Assembly (NCBI GenBank): GCA_964359655.1
Contig: CAYHVI010000002.1
Coordinates: 176 to 64,175, forward strand
Source: an uncultured Candidatus Saccharibacteria bacterium
Lineage (GTDB): Bacteria > Patescibacteriota > Minisyncoccia > Minisyncoccales > UBA10102
DNA length: 64,000 bases
Direction of reading: 5' to 3'
The notes under the pieces are model-generated. The model had not been told where the DNA came from. It saw only the letters and a list, made by a program, of their open reading frames with translations, and did no database searches. This document shows, one piece after another, positions 16,382 to 26,293 of this stretch (positions within the stretch are counted from its first letter, which is position 1; each line of letters opens with the position of its first letter). Made by a program: the position numbers and the translations under genes.

Positions 16382-18335
16382 GAAAATTGAAGTTGTGTTC
16401 TTTTGCGAATTTAGTGAAGGCGGCCGCGATTTCGTCCAAGTCGTGGTCGAGGACTTTGCGGCCTTTATCGCTGTGCACATAGTTTCCCTTCGTGTCTTTC
16501 TTGTACACATAATCTCCCGAACTGTCTTTACCCGACTTTTTGGATACTGCCATAAAAATAGGGTAGTCTTTCAAAGGCTTTTCGTTTTTGTTCCATTTTT
16601 GGAGGAATAAGACGCTGGTTTTTGTGCCGGTATGTGGCTTAAATGTATTGCCGTGCAAACCGATTACCGCAAGAATACGAGCTTTATCAAAAAGCCATTC
16701 ACGGATATATTGCATACTCGTATTGTTCAACACGCCTTGCGGCAAAACAATCGCCATTCTTCCGCCGGGGCGAATCATATCGAGCGTGCGCTCAATAAAA
16801 AGAATATGACGCTCTACGTTGTTTCGCAATTTTCCGCCGTCTTTGCGCGCGAGTTCGTACTGGCGCAAAAGCGCATGGTCGGGGTTTTCTCCGGCAAATG
16901 GCGGATTGGTAAGAAGAATATCAAAATTAAGATGGCGATACGTAAGCTGGTTTTCTCTACTTTCGGTCGAATCATTGCTTTCCGTGAGGAGGCGCTTGAG
17001 TTCAACTCGCGCCTCTTCGCTTTCTATTCCCTGCCAATCTCTTGCATCTAAGGAATCACGTTTAAAAATGTGGTGTTTACCGTCTCCCGCGATAAGCATT
17101 AAGGCTTGGGAAATCCGGCGCATATTATCGTCAAAATCAATTCCGAAAAGATATTTTGCGGCATATTCTTTTTTGGCGGAGTCCGTGCGCAAATAGCGCT
17201 CCCACACATGATACATTGCGTGCAATAAAAATCCGCCGGATCCGCAGGCAGGATCAATAATATATTCACTGTCTTTGGGGTTGAGCATTTGAACGCACAT
17301 TTTAACAACATGCCGAGGCGTAAAGTATTGGCCCTTCTTTCCTTTTGATACCTCGCCGATAAGATGCTCAAACGCATTGTCGACAATTTCAAGCTCGCCC
17401 TGCCCGATTTCAAATAACCGAATATTTTCCAGAAATGCCGCGCAAATGCTAAGACGCGCGGGAGAAAGCCGGATTCGGTCTGATGATTCAAATATATCCG
17501 GCCATTCGCTAATGGCGTTGCGGAAAAGCTCATCGTTTATGACTTGATATGTTTTCTCGGGGTCTCGATATTTTCTGAAAAGTACTTCCTCTCCCTCCCT
17601 GCGCTCTCGAGCAATCTTTTCATCGTAGAGCTTTGCGAAAATGATTTTGAAGATTTCCTCAAATACATTGGCGCCAGAGCCCGCGAGCGCAAGTTCCTCC
17701 ATATGCTTTACAATTTCAACAAAGTCGAATCTTGGATTCAATCCTGTCCATGTCCTTTTTACTTCAAACAAATCATCTATTGTCTGATCTTCTTTAGGAA
17801 TATCACTCAAAGAATCTTCAAACTCTTTTGGATATGGCCGGTATAGCACTATCTTTTCTTTTCCGTTGGACCATACACCCATAAGAGAGCCCTCGGCGGA
17901 TAAATAGCTTTTGAGTTGCTCAATTCCTTTTCTCTCGGTAGGGCTTTTTACTTCGATAATGATGTACGGAGTAATCTTGTCTTTTGCGTATACAATGATA
18001 TCTGCGGCTTTGGCGTGAATCTCGCGGCCGAAGTGAACGCTCTTTTCTGTATCAATCCTTTCGAGAGAATATTTATAGTGAGTTTTGAGTTTGTTGAGCC
18101 AAAGCTGGCGGATAATTTCTTCTGGCCTTCCCTGTTGTTTGGTTTCATCGAATACAAAACGTTGTTTGCCCGACTTCAGGTCGCTGATATAAAAGCGGCC
18201 TCGTTCTTCTTCGGTAATTTCGAGAGCCTCGCCAAAATCGATATCCGCGAACTCTTTGAGGCCGTAGTTCATTTCTGGATCGCGAAAAATCTTATCGATG
18301 ACTTCTTTTACCCTATTTGGCTTTTTTGTTGGCAT
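16374..18335 (-). CDS. hsdM: Type I RM N6-adenine DNA methyltransferase subunit with an extra N-terminal PD-(D/E)xK-like (HsdR-N-type) domain
   Basis: 653 aa with an AdoMet motif DPACGSGGFL and a catalytic NPPF (LLTNPPFAGE). The N-terminal ~190 aa read EEIIRQLWLNKL...AADIIVYAKDKITPYIIIEVKSP...QLKSYL. Confidence 0.85.
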   Translation of the reverse strand: MPTKKPNRVKEVIDKIFRDPEMNYGLKEFADIDFGEALEITEEERGRFYISDLKSGKQRFVFDETKQQGRPEEIIRQLWLNKLKTHYKYSLERIDTEKSVHFGREIHAKAADIIVYAKDKITPYIIIEVKSPTERKGIEQLKSYLSAEGSLMGVWSNGKEKIVLYRPYPKEFEDSLSDIPKEDQTIDDLFEVKRTWTGLNPRFDFVEIVKHMEELALAGSGANVFEEIFKIIFAKLYDEKIARERREGEEVLFRKYRDPEKTYQVINDELFRNAISEWPDIFESSDRIRLSPARLSICAAFLENIRLFEIGQGELEIVDNAFEHLIGEVSKGKKGQYFTPRHVVKMCVQMLNPKDSEYIIDPACGSGGFLLHAMYHVWERYLRTDSAKKEYAAKYLFGIDFDDNMRRISQALMLIAGDGKHHIFKRDSLDARDWQGIESEEARVELKRLLTESNDSTESRENQLTYRHLNFDILLTNPPFAGENPDHALLRQYELARKDGGKLRNNVERHILFIERTLDMIRPGGRMAIVLPQGVLNNTSMQYIREWLFDKARILAVIGLHGNTFKPHTGTKTSVLFLQKWNKNEKPLKDYPIFMAVSKKSGKDSSGDYVYKKDTKGNYVHSDKGRKVLDHDLDEIAAAFTKFAKEHNFNFHG

Positions 18336-18360
18336 ACTTGTAGTGAGCGTATCGAACCTA

Positions 18361-19002
18361 CTACTTTATTGTTTTCCAATCGCCGTTTTTGAATACGCAA
18401 AGCACCTTTCCCAATAATCGCATTTCCTCCGTAAACGGGATAACGTTATACGCTGGATTTTCTGGTTTGAGATAAACATACGGCGGAGTGTCGTCTGATA
18501 TAAACCGCTTGATCGTTGCTTCGTCTTGAATCTGCGCGTGCACCACATCCCCCGAAGAAAATTCTTTTCTCTGTTCGATCAACACAACATCTTCACTGTC
18601 TATTCCAGCGTTTATCATTGAGTCCCCAGAGATTTTTAACATATAGACTTGCCCCTTCAACCTTGCTAGTCCCTCTTGGCTTGGCAGTGTTTCCCACTCT
18701 CCTGAAATCTCGATTGCCTCCATAGGAGAACCTGCGCTAGTAATCCCTAGAAACGGAGCAAGACGAGGACTTCCGAGAACCTCGTATGCCAAAGGCATTA
18801 AAACTAACCCCCTTGCCCCCTCATTGCGTCGAATCATGCCTTTGTGCGCAAGCTGCTGAAGATAATCAATCACCGATTGATTAGAAACAACATGTAATGC
18901 CTCTCGCATCTCCTCAAAAGTCGGAGGATAACCAGTCTCCTTGATATAGGTATAAATAACTTTCAGAAGCTCTTTTTGTCTTTGCGTAATAGGCTTCTGC
19001 AT
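18361..19002 (-). CDS. lexA: LexA-like repressor (wHTH plus S24 peptidase)
   Basis: N-terminus QRQKELLKVIYTYIKETGYPPTFEEMREAL. S24 domain with GDSM (Ser) and TIKRF (Lys). Confidence 0.85.
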   Translation of the reverse strand: MQKPITQRQKELLKVIYTYIKETGYPPTFEEMREALHVVSNQSVIDYLQQLAHKGMIRRNEGARGLVLMPLAYEVLGSPRLAPFLGITSAGSPMEAIEISGEWETLPSQEGLARLKGQVYMLKISGDSMINAGIDSEDVVLIEQRKEFSSGDVVHAQIQDEATIKRFISDDTPPYVYLKPENPAYNVIPFTEEMRLLGKVLCVFKNGDWKTIK

Positions 19003-19098
19003 ATGTATATAGTGTACCCGACTATTTCTTCTGGAGTCAACCCAAAGTTTTCCACAATGATGGGTCTGGAGTTTTTTGTACCTTGTTGAGGTTTTCCA

Positions 19099-21660
19099 CT
19101 ACATTTTCTTCACTTCAAAGGTATTGGCATCCACGGTGATGCGGTCGCCACGTTTGATGGCATTGGAGAGAAGCGCGACGGCGAGCGCGTTTTCCACCTT
19201 ATCAGAGAGCACGCGGCGCATGTTGCGCGCGCCAAATTTGGGATCATATCCAAGTTCTGCGATTTTTGCTTTGAGATCTTCGGTAATTTCCAATTCAATT
19301 CCTTTCTCGGTCATCATATTGCTTTGCAGTTTTTTGAGCATAAGCCCCGCAATTTGCAAGAGATGTTCTTGCGTGAGCGGAGCAAACAAAACTACTCCAT
19401 CGAATCGGTTTAAGAATTCTGGCCGATAAATTCCTTCTTGAAACAAAAAGTCGAGCATTTGTTCTTTGAGATGAGCAAAATCCATTTCTTGCTTGATTGC
19501 TTGTAAAATAAGCTGATAGCCCGCGTTGCTGGTGGCAATAATAATGGTGTGGCGAAAATCAGTTTTGCGGCCAAGGCCGTCGGTAATATGGCCTTCGTCT
19601 AACACCTGCAAGAAAAGATTTAAAATATTGGGATGCGCTTTTTCCAGTTCGTCGAGCAAGAGGAGAGAAAAGGGATCTTGTCTGATTGCGGTGGTGAGTA
19701 AACCCTGTTGCGTGGGAGTGCCCAAGAGCCGCTCGATGTCTTTCACGTTTTGGAATTCCGACATATCTAAACGTATCATTCGCGATTCTGATCCAAAATA
19801 AATCGCAGCCAAAGCTTTTGCAGTTTCGGTTTTGCCTACTCCGGTGGGCCCCAAGAAAAGAAAACTTCCCATGGGCCCTGACCTTATGGTCACCTGCGCG
19901 CGGGCGCGACGGAGAGCCCCGGCAATCTCTTTTACTGCCTCTTGTTGATTAACGATGCGTTTGTGAATAAGATTTTCAAGGGAAAGCAATGTTTCCCGTT
20001 CTGTGGTTTCAATGTCACCCACGGGAATTTGAGTGCGTTCGGTAACCACGGCAGCCACGTGTTTGGGTAAGAGCACTTTGTCTGAAGTTTGCGCAAGCCA
20101 ACTCATTGCGTCGTCCAACAAATCTACTGCTTTTTTGGGGAAGGGAACCGCCTGAATGTATTTGTCGGCATACGCCACGATTGTCTGCAAGGCAGGATAA
20201 GAAATGAACTTTTTGTACGTTCCTTCAAAGGCAGGCACGGTTTCCTGCAAAACCTCCAAAGTTTCTGCCTGGGAAAGCTCTGTTACTTCCACCTGTTCAA
20301 AAAGAGAAAGAAGCGAGGGGTTTTGCTCCAAATACCTGTGGAGTCCCGCAAATGTGGTAATCGCAATAAAAGGAAATTGCGGGAGTCTTAAATACGAAGA
20401 AAGAACGCCTGCGATATTCATTCTTCCGGCTGCTTGCCCGGATTCTTCTCCCACAAAATTGTGCACATCGTCGAGAACTAAAATAATATTGCCGGCCGCG
20501 ATAACTTCGCCAAAAATCTCGCTCAAGATTGCCTCTGCTTCTTCCAAAGCTTGAATCGATGCGACAAGATGCGCAAGGTTAAGTTCCACGACGCGCCTAT
20601 AGTTTAAAAAAGGGTTCTGGTTCTCGCCCAGCACGCTTTTGGAAGCCAAGTCTTGAATCAGGCGCCGCCTGCCAGATCCCGGATTGCCTATGAGCAGCAC
20701 ATTGTTTGTTTGCTGCCTAGAGAGGATGCGCTCTATGGCTTCTTTTTCTTTGTGATGCCCGATCGCGCGGGGAAACCGCGCAGCCATAACTTCTTTGGAA
20801 ATATCGTATCCAAACTGATCGAGCGTAATGGTATATCCTGATGCCCAGTCTTTTCCAAGCGCACCGTAACGCCGCAGGTTTTTCTTGAGCCAGAACTTTT
20901 TCTGCTCTGCTGCTTTTGCGTAAAGCTGGTAATGCCATTTGGCAATGTTGGGAATGTCGCGTTCTGGCAAAAAATTTCGTTCAATTAAATATTGCTTGAA
21001 AAAGGCGTCAGAATAGGCAATGGCAGACAGCAAGTCCTTAACCTCTGCTTTTTCGCGCCCTTCTGCTCTTGCCAAATCAATTGCTTTCGTTATGGCTAAC
21101 TGAAAATCTGGCGCAAAAGAAAGTTCTTTTGTTTTCCGAAGGCGAAGTATTTTTGATTTTGATTGTTGTTTTAGGGTTGTTTCCAGTTCTTTTGGGTCAA
21201 GCAGCATGCGGGTAAGCATACTTTCGAAAGAAGGATTTTCTTTGAGAAGAAAGTAGAGAAGAGTTGCAGAGTCCAAAGCGAAAAAGCGTTCGCGCTCTGC
21301 GTATTTGAGTGCGCTGTGGGTTGCTCTAAGCGATTCAAAAGAAAGGAATTCTGCAAGATTTCCCTTTGCGACCAGGGGCATTGTTTTCTTTAAACTTTCG
21401 CCAAACCGTTGAAGCAAAAATAAGGAAGTGCCATAGGCAAACGTGAGAAATACAAAGCCAAGAAGCATTCTGCTTTGCTGAAGAGAGACCACTCCTTGCT
21501 CCGGAATAAAAGTGAGGAGGAAAAGCAAAGCAAAGAGTAGAAAAACCCATCGGGTTGCTCTTTGAATCTTGGTTAAGAGAGCAGTATGAAAATAGCTGTC
21601 AAACCATAGAGCTTGCGCAAGCTGCGAATTCTTAATATCAAAAAAGAAGGAAGATGCCAT
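19099..21660 (-). CDS. Clp/Hsp100-family double AAA+ ATPase with a membrane-anchored N-terminus
   Basis: 853 aa. D2 has Walker A GPTGVGKTE and Walker B LLLDELEKAH. D1 Walker A is degenerate (GNPGSGRR). The N-terminal ~100 aa are hydrophobic. Confidence 0.8.
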   Translation of the reverse strand: MASSFFFDIKNSQLAQALWFDSYFHTALLTKIQRATRWVFLLFALLFLLTFIPEQGVVSLQQSRMLLGFVFLTFAYGTSLFLLQRFGESLKKTMPLVAKGNLAEFLSFESLRATHSALKYAERERFFALDSATLLYFLLKENPSFESMLTRMLLDPKELETTLKQQSKSKILRLRKTKELSFAPDFQLAITKAIDLARAEGREKAEVKDLLSAIAYSDAFFKQYLIERNFLPERDIPNIAKWHYQLYAKAAEQKKFWLKKNLRRYGALGKDWASGYTITLDQFGYDISKEVMAARFPRAIGHHKEKEAIERILSRQQTNNVLLIGNPGSGRRRLIQDLASKSVLGENQNPFLNYRRVVELNLAHLVASIQALEEAEAILSEIFGEVIAAGNIILVLDDVHNFVGEESGQAAGRMNIAGVLSSYLRLPQFPFIAITTFAGLHRYLEQNPSLLSLFEQVEVTELSQAETLEVLQETVPAFEGTYKKFISYPALQTIVAYADKYIQAVPFPKKAVDLLDDAMSWLAQTSDKVLLPKHVAAVVTERTQIPVGDIETTERETLLSLENLIHKRIVNQQEAVKEIAGALRRARAQVTIRSGPMGSFLFLGPTGVGKTETAKALAAIYFGSESRMIRLDMSEFQNVKDIERLLGTPTQQGLLTTAIRQDPFSLLLLDELEKAHPNILNLFLQVLDEGHITDGLGRKTDFRHTIIIATSNAGYQLILQAIKQEMDFAHLKEQMLDFLFQEGIYRPEFLNRFDGVVLFAPLTQEHLLQIAGLMLKKLQSNMMTEKGIELEITEDLKAKIAELGYDPKFGARNMRRVLSDKVENALAVALLSNAIKRGDRITVDANTFEVKKM

Positions 21661-22021
21661 AGAAAAAAGCTGCGATAATAATCGCAGGCAAGACTAACCA
21701 GAACAAGAAAAAAAGGCTTCCCAAGAAAAGAAGCGCAAATTCCATTACGATTCCCGCGGCAATCAGAAAACTTCGCATTACGGCACCCAGTATTCGAGAA
21801 ACGAGATTCGAAGCAAAGGTAAAAAGATATCTTGAGAAATCAAAGCCTCTTCCATAATCCCAGGTAATTCTCCGCCAAGGGGAAAAAAACGTTTGAATCA
21901 AAAGTAAAACAGAAAAATAGTTAAAATTGAACCAAAGGATATTGCCCCATCCTTTCAGGATATCGCGGCTCGCATCAAGATAATGCCACTTCACGTAACG
22001 CAGCAATAAAAGAGATTGCAT
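21638..22021 (-). CDS. Hypothetical membrane protein
   Basis: 127 aa with several TM segments. Its end overlaps the Clp-like gene start. Confidence 0.5.
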   Translation of the reverse strand: MQSLLLLRYVKWHYLDASRDILKGWGNILWFNFNYFSVLLLIQTFFSPWRRITWDYGRGFDFSRYLFTFASNLVSRILGAVMRSFLIAAGIVMEFALLFLGSLFFLFWLVLPAIIIAAFFYGIFLLF

Positions 22022-22033
22022 GAAACCAATATA

Positions 22034-22801
22034 TCACATTACACAATCTGCGCCCAGTTTGGAGAGAAATTGTTCAGAAAGGGTTTTGTCAAAGGCAAAG
22101 ACATCGTTGTCCCATTCATAAGCGGAGACCTCACATTCTGTTTTGTCGAGAAGTGTTTGGGCAAAGGTTTCCACAATTTCTTTTTTGCCGTCTTTGTCCG
22201 CATCTTGAATTTGGAAGGCGTTCCGATGCGCCGCGCTTGCAGCAAGAATAAAAATGGCATCTTGGAGCTGCCCGCTTTCATTTCGTATTTGAACCCATTG
22301 CATAGTTCTCTTGACAAAATCAACGTCGAGAATTCCTTCTGCCCAGCTCGAGGCTCCGCCGTACATTAAAGACATGATGATTTCTTCTTGGCCATCTCCA
22401 TCAATATCGGTTATTTCCTTGACTTCGGGTGCTTCACGAAGCAACTCTTGATACTCAATTTTTCCAATACGTTCGTACTCTTTTTCTTTGTTGACTATGG
22501 TGAGTATCTGAATGGTAGCTGTGTTTTGTCCTGCGGCGCCAATGATTAATTCCGGCCCTCCTTTGCGATCAAGATCAGCTACTTTATACGTTGCGGTTTC
22601 AGAATCGAACCGTGCGTCAAGCGCATTTTTAATAATGTTTTTGACAAGCGTTTCCGAAGGTTCAAAAAACGCAATCTCGTCAGCTTCGAGGGTTTGCGGT
22701 TGGGTCTGTTGTTCGTGCGGAGCTTCTTTTTCGCTGGTCAACACAAAAACCCCCACTCCGATAATCCCCACAATAATAAGAAACAATATAAACCGTTTCA
22801 T
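22034..22801 (-). CDS. Secreted/anchored protein with FG-GAP/VCBS-like Asp-rich repeats
   Basis: N-terminal signal/TM segment plus repeats DLDRKGGPELII, DIDGDGQEEII and DADKDGKKEIV. Confidence 0.55.
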   Translation of the reverse strand: MKRFILFLIIVGIIGVGVFVLTSEKEAPHEQQTQPQTLEADEIAFFEPSETLVKNIIKNALDARFDSETATYKVADLDRKGGPELIIGAAGQNTATIQILTIVNKEKEYERIGKIEYQELLREAPEVKEITDIDGDGQEEIIMSLMYGGASSWAEGILDVDFVKRTMQWVQIRNESGQLQDAIFILAASAAHRNAFQIQDADKDGKKEIVETFAQTLLDKTECEVSAYEWDNDVFAFDKTLSEQFLSKLGADCVM

Positions 22802-22836
22802 AAATCTATTGTATCCTATCGAGAAAAATAAAAAAG

Positions 22837-23014
22837 CCCCGAGCAGACGTTATCTGCAAGGGGTTCGAGTTCGACGAAGGAGTGTTTGTTAGTTAGATCA
22901 TGGCCTGATCGTGTCGCCGTCGCCACCCTTCCTGCTGTCCAGTGCGTTAGCAAAGAAGCCGAGCACAGCCTTCTCGCGCACGTTGGAATATCGATTTCTT
23001 GTGACCTCTTGCTG
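22837..23014 (-). ncRNA. Candidate unclassified small RNA between tRNA-Val and a strong terminator
   Basis: About 180 nt GC-rich non-coding stretch directly 3' of tRNA-Val. It ends in CCCCUUGCAGAuaacgUCUGCucGGGG followed by UUUUUUAUUUUU. Internal hairpins were seen. I could not assign a class. Confidence 0.35.
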
Positions 23015-23088
23015 TGGACGATGGGGGGTTCGAACCTCCGACCTTCGCAATGTGAATGCGACGCTCTAACCAGCTGAGCTAATCGTCC
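23015..23088 (-). tRNA. tRNA-Val (anticodon CAC)
   Basis: GGACGAT acceptor, D arm GCTC-AGCTGGTTA-GAGC, anticodon arm TCGCA-TTCACAT-TGCGA, T loop TTCGAAC. One A-C mismatch in the T stem. Confidence 0.85.
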
Positions 23089-23151
23089 TCAACACTATCA
23101 GATTAGAAAACTTTTCCCTATTTTGCAAGTTCTGGTATAATAAAAAAATCT

Positions 23152-24999
23152 ATGAAGATTTTCGAATTTCAATTTAATCCAAAGGCAAAGAAGGACAGGT
23201 TTTTCCGCGTGTTTTCGTTCGACCCGCCGCAGGAAATGCAACAGAGCGGAAGTATGTATATCGTGGGCGAGCTCCAGAATGCCTTGCCAAACAATTCCAC
23301 GTTTCTCGACCGGTTAGCTTCCCTTCTCTCGCAGGAGTATTATTCCGCAGAAAAACCAGCACAGAATGTTTCCCTAAGATTGAAAAACGCGCTCAAGAAG
23401 GGAAACGCTTTTTTGGCAGAGGAATCCAAAAATGGAAACGTGGATTGGCTTGGAAACCTGCATTTTCTGCTGCTCTTGTTTGTTCCTACTTCTCAAGGAT
23501 ATACGCTTTACTTTACCAAGGTTGGCGCACTGAAGCTTTGGATAGCCAGAGCAGGTTCGCTCGTTGACGCGGGGAAAAGCATTGAGTCTGCAAAGAAAGA
23601 TGAAAGTTCTACAAAAGTATTAGGAAATATGGGCTCTGGAAAAGTGATTTCAGGAGATAAGATTATGGCTCTCACCGCAGAAGCATTTGAATTTTTCTCC
23701 AAGGAAAACTTTTTGCAGACCTTAGCCCAGCTCAAAGAAGAAAAGCAGTTCAAGAGCATATTCAAATTAAAGCAGAAGGAAATGTCTCTCTTTTCGGGAG
23801 TTCTCTTTTTTGCGCTGGTTGAAACTTTGCAGCAGACGCCTGCCTCGCCCGACGGCAAACAAGGCAGGCTCGCCTTGCTACGAGGCAGGCTGGCGATTCC
23901 TCAACTCAAGATACCCCTTTTCCCTGCAAAAATTTCCCTTCCCTCACTTTCTGTGCCCCGAAAAATTCCTCTCCCTAGAATTTCTTTCCCATATGTTTCT
24001 GCGCTCAAAAAGAAGTTGCCGCTTTTGATGATTTCTGAAGCAAAAAAACGTATGGGACTTCTTCTCCTTCTTTGCTTTGTGCTGTTTTTGGGGTTTGCGC
24101 TCTTGGGAGGCGAAAGAAAAAATATGGACGACACTTCTCTACCGGCTGGCGGATTAGAGGAAGAAGAAATTTCAGAGGAATTGCGAGTATTGCATAAAAT
24201 CACGGAAATCGCAGAACCCGAGGTTGTAGTAAAACTCAATCCATCCATTACTGTTGCCAATCTCTCTCATATGATTCAACTGAAAAGCAGATTTTACTTT
24301 TTTGGACCTTCGTCATCAAACATTTTTGTATTCGACAGCGCAGCAAATACTTCAGAGATTTTTGATGCGGGGAAAAATCTTAAACTCGGCGTACGTTTTG
24401 AAGATTCTATTTTATTCTTCGCAGAACCAAACACGATTTTGTCAATTGACGGGCAGAATACAATAATCCAGCATACCTTGGAATCTTTTGCAGCAGAAGA
24501 AAAAATTGCAGATTTAGAGCAGTTCGCAGGCAATTTCTATTTTTTAGACTCACGAAATGGAGAGATTTTTAAATCCTCTCAGCCCTCTTTAAGAACGGCG
24601 AAATTCGAACGTTGGTTAGATCCTCTTTCTCCCAAAAAACCCATCGATGTTCAATCAATGAGCATTGATGGGAATATTTGGATTCTTACCACAGAAAACG
24701 AGATTCAACGATATTTTAGAGGAAGGTATCAAGAAAGCCTTAACCTTTCGATTTTCCCCGAGTTTCAAAACGCAACCCTGATTAAAACTACTTCGCAGCT
24801 TCCTTACCTTTATGTCCTGGAACCCCAGGAGCAACGCCTCGTGATTCTTAGCAAATCGGGCGAAGTTCTTAGGCAGTATCGAAGTCAAGCATTCGGGCAA
24901 GTTCGCGACTTTGCGGTTTCGCCAAACGGCCAAACAATCTATTTGTTTGACGGGGCAAAAGTCTATCAAATTTCACCGGTTAAGCTCAAATCTACTTGA
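23152..24999 (+). CDS. Hypothetical large protein with a central TM segment
   Basis: 615 aa with a TM segment [20 protein letters not shown]. No motif recognised. Confidence 0.5.
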   Translation: MKIFEFQFNPKAKKDRFFRVFSFDPPQEMQQSGSMYIVGELQNALPNNSTFLDRLASLLSQEYYSAEKPAQNVSLRLKNALKKGNAFLAEESKNGNVDWLGNLHFLLLLFVPTSQGYTLYFTKVGALKLWIARAGSLVDAGKSIESAKKDESSTKVLGNMGSGKVISGDKIMALTAEAFEFFSKENFLQTLAQLKEEKQFKSIFKLKQKEMSLFSGVLFFALVETLQQTPASPDGKQGRLALLRGRLAIPQLKIPLFPAKISLPSLSVPRKIPLPRISFPYVSALKKKLPLLMISEAKKRMGLLLLLCFVLFLGFALLGGERKNMDDTSLPAGGLEEEEISEELRVLHKITEIAEPEVVVKLNPSITVANLSHMIQLKSRFYFFGPSSSNIFVFDSAANTSEIFDAGKNLKLGVRFEDSILFFAEPNTILSIDGQNTIIQHTLESFAAEEKIADLEQFAGNFYFLDSRNGEIFKSSQPSLRTAKFERWLDPLSPKKPIDVQSMSIDGNIWILTTENEIQRYFRGRYQESLNLSIFPEFQNATLIKTTSQLPYLYVLEPQEQRLVILSKSGEVLRQYRSQAFGQVRDFAVSPNGQTIYLFDGAKVYQISPVKLKST

Positions 25000-25417
25000 G
25001 TTGGACAGTAGCTCCTGCGGTCTCAAGTTTTTTCTTGAGGTCGTCTGCTTCTTCTTTGCTTGCTCCCTCTTTGACAACTTGAGCGCTTAAAGCAGCGGCG
25101 TCAACAAGATCTTTTGCGTCTTTGAGGCCTTTTCCAGTTGCGTCTCTTACTACTTTGATTACTTCAATTTTCTTGTCTCCCACCCCTGCGAGCACAACGG
25201 TAAAGGAGGTTTTTTCTTCCTCGCCCGCCGAAGCTTCAGCGGAGGCGGGAGCTGCGGCCACCGCAACTGGGGCCTGCGCAGATACTCCGAACTTGTCTTC
25301 GAGAAGATGTACCAATTCAGAAAGCTCGAGCACCGAAAGTTTTTCTATGGATTCTACCAAAGACTTAAATTTCTCTGGCACCTCTACTTCTTTTTTGTCT
25401 TTTGTTTCTTCTGTCAT
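24992..25417 (-). CDS. rplL: Ribosomal protein L7/L12
   Basis: [30 protein letters not shown], an Ala-rich hinge and a C-terminal domain. Start taken at MTEET. Confidence 0.93.
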   Translation of the reverse strand: MTEETKDKKEVEVPEKFKSLVESIEKLSVLELSELVHLLEDKFGVSAQAPVAVAAAPASAEASAGEEEKTSFTVVLAGVGDKKIEVIKVVRDATGKGLKDAKDLVDAAALSAQVVKEGASKEEADDLKKKLETAGATVQLK

Positions 25418-25449
25418 ATTTTTATGGTTAACATGTAACAATTTAGCAA

Positions 25450-25965
25450 TTACGTTTTGGCTTTTTGAGCCAAAACGTAGATCAGACCTTTGATGTTGCC
25501 TTGCAATACAATCGCGAAGTCAGATAAAGGAGCTGTCATAGTATAAAGAAGTTTTGCTAAAAGCTCTTCTCTGCTTGGCAAATTGGCAAGCGTCACTATG
25601 CTGGCTGCGTTTTGCAATTCTCTTTCAAAGTATCCGCCTAGGATTTTCAGTTTCTCGTTTGCCTTGGCAAAAGTATTCGCGGTTTTTATGGGAATCATGG
25701 GGTCTTCAAACGCAAAAATAGTTCCAATCTGTCCTTCCATATTTTTGAAGTCAACTTCAATTCCCTTTTCTTTCATCGCTTTAGAAAACAAAGTTTTTTT
25801 GGAAATCATGAGTTCAGAACCCGTTTCTTTGAGTTGCTTTCGCAGGGTTATCATATCCCCTACTTTCAATCCCTTGTAATCCACAAACACCATTGCGCTT
25901 TGCTTCTCAAGGTTTTCCGCTAACTGATTCAGTATTTCTTTTTTTTGCTGTTTTGTTTTTGGCAT
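25450..25965 (-). CDS. rplJ: Ribosomal protein L10
   Basis: 171 aa, [35 protein letters not shown], located upstream of rplL. Confidence 0.93.
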   Translation of the reverse strand: MPKTKQQKKEILNQLAENLEKQSAMVFVDYKGLKVGDMITLRKQLKETGSELMISKKTLFSKAMKEKGIEVDFKNMEGQIGTIFAFEDPMIPIKTANTFAKANEKLKILGGYFERELQNAASIVTLANLPSREELLAKLLYTMTAPLSDFAIVLQGNIKGLIYVLAQKAKT

Positions 25966-25968
25966 ATC

Positions 25969-26000
25969 TACGAATTACGAATCTGTACGAATATACGAAT
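25969..26000 (-). repeat. Array of 4 ATTCGTA heptamers ending 3 nt before the rplJ start codon
   Basis: Minus strand reads gtATTCGTAtATTCGTAcagATTCGTAATTCGTAgatATG. Confidence 0.8.
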
Positions 26001-26261
26001 ACAAAATAAAAAGCTGTGGTATTTCCACAGATCAACAAAACGAAAACACATTTTCGTTTCATCCTAAATAGGGTTTATGATCTCTATCAAGATCACCTAT
26101 TGTCTGTGGATGGAAGAAAGCTACGGGATAGTTTGGATTGATAGATATATCATAATCGACCCGACATGATATTTCTACCGTACACCCAAGTGTAGGGTGA
26201 CTATCCCATAGCAGGCTCGAGGGGGATGTGGCCCTCCTAAAAAGGGGAAACAACTATCTTA

Positions 26262-26290
26262 GTTATAGGCTAGGCAGGTTTTCTTGTCAA
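26262..26290 (-). promoter_or_regulatory. Sigma70-type promoter of rplJL, followed by a ~290-nt leader
   Basis: TTGACA, 17 nt, TATAAC on the minus strand. The long structured leader may be an L10-type autoregulatory leader, but this is not verified. Confidence 0.55.
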
Positions 26291-26293
26291 TAG

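Noticed and set aside
19003-19098. A LexA/SOS box upstream of the lexA-like gene (GTACACTATATACAT region)
   Set aside because: There is no clear dyad matching any LexA-box consensus I know (CTGT-N8-ACAG, GAAC-N4-GTTC). The evidence is too weak to report as a site.
22837-23014. SRP (4.5S) RNA or tmRNA assignment for the GC-rich region next to tRNA-Val
   Set aside because: There is no GGAA-tetraloop helix-8 motif (…GGUCCGGAAGGAAGCAGC…). There is no tRNA-like 3' end and no tag reading frame. It is left unclassified.
26059-26253. 64-aa minus-strand ORF in the rplJ leader
   Set aside because: It has no SD or leaderless start and lies inside the long 5' leader downstream of the rplJ promoter. It is more likely structured RNA than coding sequence.
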